Assembly: GCA_963850305.1 (NCBI GenBank)
Contig: CAWKKR010000011.1
Span: 96,001 to 160,000, forward strand
Reading direction: 5' to 3'
From: an uncultured delta proteobacterium
Lineage (GTDB): Bacteria > Myxococcota_A > Polyangia > Polyangiales > Polyangiaceae
DNA length: 64,000 bases
Within the stretch, counting starts at the first letter, position 1. Every line of letters begins with the position of its first letter. The translations under genes were made by a program, and so were the position numbers. Shown here piece after piece: positions 61,018 to 64,000 of this stretch. Below the pieces are notes generated by a model. It saw only the letters and a program-made list of their open reading frames with translations. It was not told the origin of the DNA and did no database searches.

Positions 61018-63399
61018 TCAGTTGGTGGTGGGGTAGCTAGGGTACGCGGGAAGCGTGCTGCTCGCGGGCTGGTAGCCCGAATTATCCCGCGAGTAGAACT
61101 GCCCGCCCATATCGAAGGCGCGGATGAGGGCCGTCCGCTCGTCGCGGGTCAACGTCACGCCGACGTCATCGGGATGCATCGTGCGCACGCCGCCACGGAT
61201 GTTCGGGTCGGAGAAGGCAACATTGAGCGGCCACGCCGTCTTCGTCCCGTCGATGGCGCTCGTGATATTGATCTTCTCGATGAGCGCGCTGTGTCGCGCG
61301 TCGCTCGGGACACCCCACATCGGTGGGACGGTCCCCGTCACCTTGGCCCCATCGCCCATCTCCATCGAGAGCGCCGAGGGATAGAAGATCGACACGTATG
61401 ACATCGGATACGTTGCGGTCTTCCTGTCGTACGTGACCGTCACGGGCGTCGCGGTGAGATCGAGGCGCGCGATCTGGTACGTCGAGGTTTTCCCGGTATC
61501 CTGGTCCGTCATCGTGACGGAGTAATGCTCTTGAGGGACGTCCCCGTCGGTCGTGCCATTGTGACATTGCGCACACTTCGCGGTGAGGATGCTCTGGATC
61601 TCCTCGGACGTGCTCCCGAGCGTGCCCTGGCCCGCAACGAGCTGCCACGGGTACTCGGTGCGGTCGGCAATGGGCTTCAGGAACTGCTGAACCTGCGTCG
61701 TCGAGAGCGTCTGTTGCTGCACCGTGGGTGCATTCGGCGCGGTACGGCTTTCGTGACACCCGCCACACACGCGATTTTCGCCAGGCATCCCTTGAATCCA
61801 CGTCGTCTGGCTCCGGATCGCCAGCTCGTACTCGTCGACCGTCTGCAGGTGCATCGGGATGTAGGGCGGCACATCCGCGCGCCACGAACCGTCGGCCAGA
61901 ACCGGCGCTTCCCCGAGGATTGCGGCGCCTTCGGCCATCGTCAGCCCGAACATCGTGACGTTCGGCGCGGCCTCCGTCGAGAAGCCTTCGATGATGCGCA
62001 CCTTGACGGCGGACTTCAACGCCTGATCCATCGGCGTAGCGTCCGCGAACTCGGCGCCGGACACGGTCTCGCCATGGAGCGAAAATAGAGACGTCTGCGA
62101 GACGTCTATCGAGCCAATCAGCATCGGATTCGTCGCGTCCGTGGAGGTCTCCTTGTTGATCCCGAGCGGAGGCTCCGGTCGCGGCGCGACAGGCTGCGCG
62201 TAGAGTTCCCACGTACCGGGCGCGTTGTAAACGAGCTGGTTTTGCAGGGTCGCAGGATCGTAGATGTAGATCCCGAAGTCCGGTGGCGTCTCGGCAAGCT
62301 CGTTGGTGTCGTTGACGGGGCCATCGGCCCACGACACGAGCAAGCGTCCGTCGGGTAGCATGTGCGGCGAACGATAACGCCCGATCGGCGACGGGTCGCT
62401 TCCGAGCGGCACGGCCCCCGTGAGCACCGCGTACGACGCCCGCTCCTCGTCGTGACGGGTGTCGCCCGCCGCGGCTCCGGCGACGCGCGCGTCCACCTTC
62501 ACCAGCGCGCCCGCCTGGATCGTCCGCTCACGATCCGTCGCGACGGCGATGAAGACGTTCATCGTACCCGTCTCGGTCACCTGAACGAGCGAGTTTGCCG
62601 GCTTGCCGTGCTGACCGGCGAGCGCGATGATCTGCGTGCAGTCCGGGTTCATGGCAAAGAGCTTCGAGTCGTTCACGTTCTCGAGGTGCTCCCACCGAGA
62701 GAATCCGACCTGTCCGCTCTGCATCGCGAAGAGATTGAAGACGTTCGACAGATTTTGCGAGCAGAGGACGCGAGCGGAGTCTCCTCCCACTTCGGACATG
62801 ATCGCGACCTGCGTCGCGCGGCGGGTATGGTTGTACTCGTCGGCGCGCGTGCCCATCTCGCCGTACATCTGGTTCGTCACGAAGGCGATACGGTCACCCG
62901 CAAGCCAGATTGGGCCGATGTCGTCCTGGAGGCCACTCGTGAGCGCCTGGATGCCGTAGGGATTGTTGGGGTCCGTGCCCTTCGCGATATTTGCCGTGTA
63001 GACGTGGTAGTGGTCGTTCGGGTCGAGCATCATCGAGAAGACGATCTTCGTCGCGTCGAAGCTCAGGTCCATGCCCTCGACGTCGGCCGTCTTGTACCGA
63101 GCCCCGTCGAGCAAATTGACGACGGCGCCCGTCCGCAGGTTCCTCACTTCAATCCGCGCGCCGGGGTCGTAACGGCCGTAATCCATCACTTGACCCATGC
63201 CGCTCGCGACGTCGACGGTCAGGTTGTCCCCGGTTCCCGTGGTCGTCTGTCGAACGGCATAGACGATCTGTTCGAACCCAGCCTTGTCCGCCAGCGATTG
63301 GTCGGCGGGGCTGTTCGTGCTGCACGCCGTCACCGATGCGGCCATGACGGGCAGCAGCCGGAGCAGGGTCGAAGCGAGCGGAGTTGTTTTGCGGGACAT
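61018..63399 (-). CDS. Hydrazine synthase alpha-subunit-like lipoprotein (beta-propeller, middle domain, two heme c motifs)
   Basis: Lipobox VTAC; SFDATKIVFS, SRWEH, LFAMNPD, YRSPHMLPDGRLLVSW, DFGIY and LGEAPVLADGS..VP motifs; PGENRVCGGCHE and IQSILTAKCAQCH. Confidence 0.72.
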   Translation of the reverse strand: MSRKTTPLASTLLRLLPVMAASVTACSTNSPADQSLADKAGFEQIVYAVRQTTTGTGDNLTVDVASGMGQVMDYGRYDPGARIEVRNLRTGAVVNLLDGARYKTADVEGMDLSFDATKIVFSMMLDPNDHYHVYTANIAKGTDPNNPYGIQALTSGLQDDIGPIWLAGDRIAFVTNQMYGEMGTRADEYNHTRRATQVAIMSEVGGDSARVLCSQNLSNVFNLFAMQSGQVGFSRWEHLENVNDSKLFAMNPDCTQIIALAGQHGKPANSLVQVTETGTMNVFIAVATDRERTIQAGALVKVDARVAGAAAGDTRHDEERASYAVLTGAVPLGSDPSPIGRYRSPHMLPDGRLLVSWADGPVNDTNELAETPPDFGIYIYDPATLQNQLVYNAPGTWELYAQPVAPRPEPPLGINKETSTDATNPMLIGSIDVSQTSLFSLHGETVSGAEFADATPMDQALKSAVKVRIIEGFSTEAAPNVTMFGLTMAEGAAILGEAPVLADGSWRADVPPYIPMHLQTVDEYELAIRSQTTWIQGMPGENRVCGGCHESRTAPNAPTVQQQTLSTTQVQQFLKPIADRTEYPWQLVAGQGTLGSTSEEIQSILTAKCAQCHNGTTDGDVPQEHYSVTMTDQDTGKTSTYQIARLDLTATPVTVTYDRKTATYPMSYVSIFYPSALSMEMGDGAKVTGTVPPMWGVPSDARHSALIEKINITSAIDGTKTAWPLNVAFSDPNIRGGVRTMHPDDVGVTLTRDERTALIRAFDMGGQFYSRDNSGYQPASSTLPAYPSYPTTN

Positions 63400-63612
63400 G
63401 CTGCCTCCTCGAGAGACTCGAAGCCAGCGTGTGCAAGAGCACGAGCCGCGCCAACATCAAGCAGCTGAAATCGTTCGGATTCCTCGGGAAGACTGCGGGG
63501 CGCGGCCCCCGACGATGGCGACTTCACGGGGGACGCACACCCCGGCTCAACCTGCAGCCACTCGACCGGGCGCGTTCACGCGGGGGCCGACTCCGGCGCT
63601 ATAAGCTCGCCC

Positions 63613-64000
63613 ATGACCGGGCTCGCCTTCGACGACAAGGGCCTCATTCCCGCGATCGCTCAGGACCGCATTACAGGGCAGGTTCGCATGGTCGCGTGGA
63701 TGAACGCGGCGGCGTTACGGCTCACGCTGGAGACAGGCGACGCGACGTTCTTCAGCCGGTCGCGAGCCGCCCTCTGGGTGAAGGGCCAGACGAGCGGACA
63801 CCGCTTGAAGGTCCACTCGGTGTACGCTGACTGCGACGCGGATACGCTGCTCCTGCTCGTCGATCCGCTGGGTCCCTCCTGCCACACGGGGCGGCCCGCG
63901 TGCTTTTTTCGGCGAATCGGAGCGGATGGGACGATCGTCGACGGGGAACGGGAAGCCTGCACGTTTCTGTTCGAGCTCGAAGCAGAGATTGCCGGGCGCG
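63613..64000 (+). CDS. hisI: Phosphoribosyl-AMP cyclohydrolase, probably bifunctional HisIE; partial (runs off window end)
   Basis: Manual translation: MTGLAFDDKGLIPAIAQD...FFSRSR..LWVKGQTSG...DCDADTLL...CHTGRPACFF...FLFELEAEI. Confidence 0.92.
   Translation, partial: MTGLAFDDKGLIPAIAQDRITGQVRMVAWMNAAALRLTLETGDATFFSRSRAALWVKGQTSGHRLKVHSVYADCDADTLLLLVDPLGPSCHTGRPACFFRRIGADGTIVDGEREACTFLFELEAEIAGR

Noticed and set aside
56869..63399. Anammox metabolism
   Set aside because: No recognisable HZS beta/gamma or hydrazine dehydrogenase genes, and the surrounding genes look myxobacterial. Only an architectural resemblance to the alpha subunit is claimed.
1..64000. tRNA, rRNA, IS elements, prophage or defence systems
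   Set aside because: No recognisable sequence or protein motifs for these. Intergenic gaps are short, but a small ncRNA could be missed by eye.

Overview
High-GC bacterial chromosomal window. The gene content suggests Myxococcota, probably Polyangiales-like (inference): Ser/Thr kinases, GYF_2 and zinc-ribbon membrane proteins, a MYXO-CTERM-like tail and many lipoproteins. It holds about 50 tightly packed CDSs. Housekeeping genes include recD2, an M1 aminopeptidase, apbE, transaldolase, ybeY, HU, argD, argF, fur, rsmG, rlpA, pyrE, PBP1A, pgeF, a thiolase and hisIE. No rRNA, tRNA, CRISPR, integrase or transposase was recognised. About eight genes carry single-base frameshifts, mostly GATC read as GAATC/GATTC, which looks like a long-read error at a methylated motif rather than real pseudogenisation. 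The most unusual items are: (1) a 640-bp modular array of 21-bp units bracketed by a 122-bp duplication of a gene 3' end, next to two tandem GT-C-like paralogs; (2) a three-gene operon with two hydrazine-synthase-alpha-like heme lipoproteins, one with CX4CH/CX8CH modules, flanking a HEAT protein; (3) a Cyc2-like cytochrome-porin fusion with a surface-anchored monoheme partner, beside a PHM-like copper monooxygenase; (4) a P1B-ATPase-like protein that has lost its key catalytic motifs, upstream of fur; (5) a Rieske/cytochrome b-diheme c fusion cluster. All family assignments come from motif recognition by eye; no searches were run.
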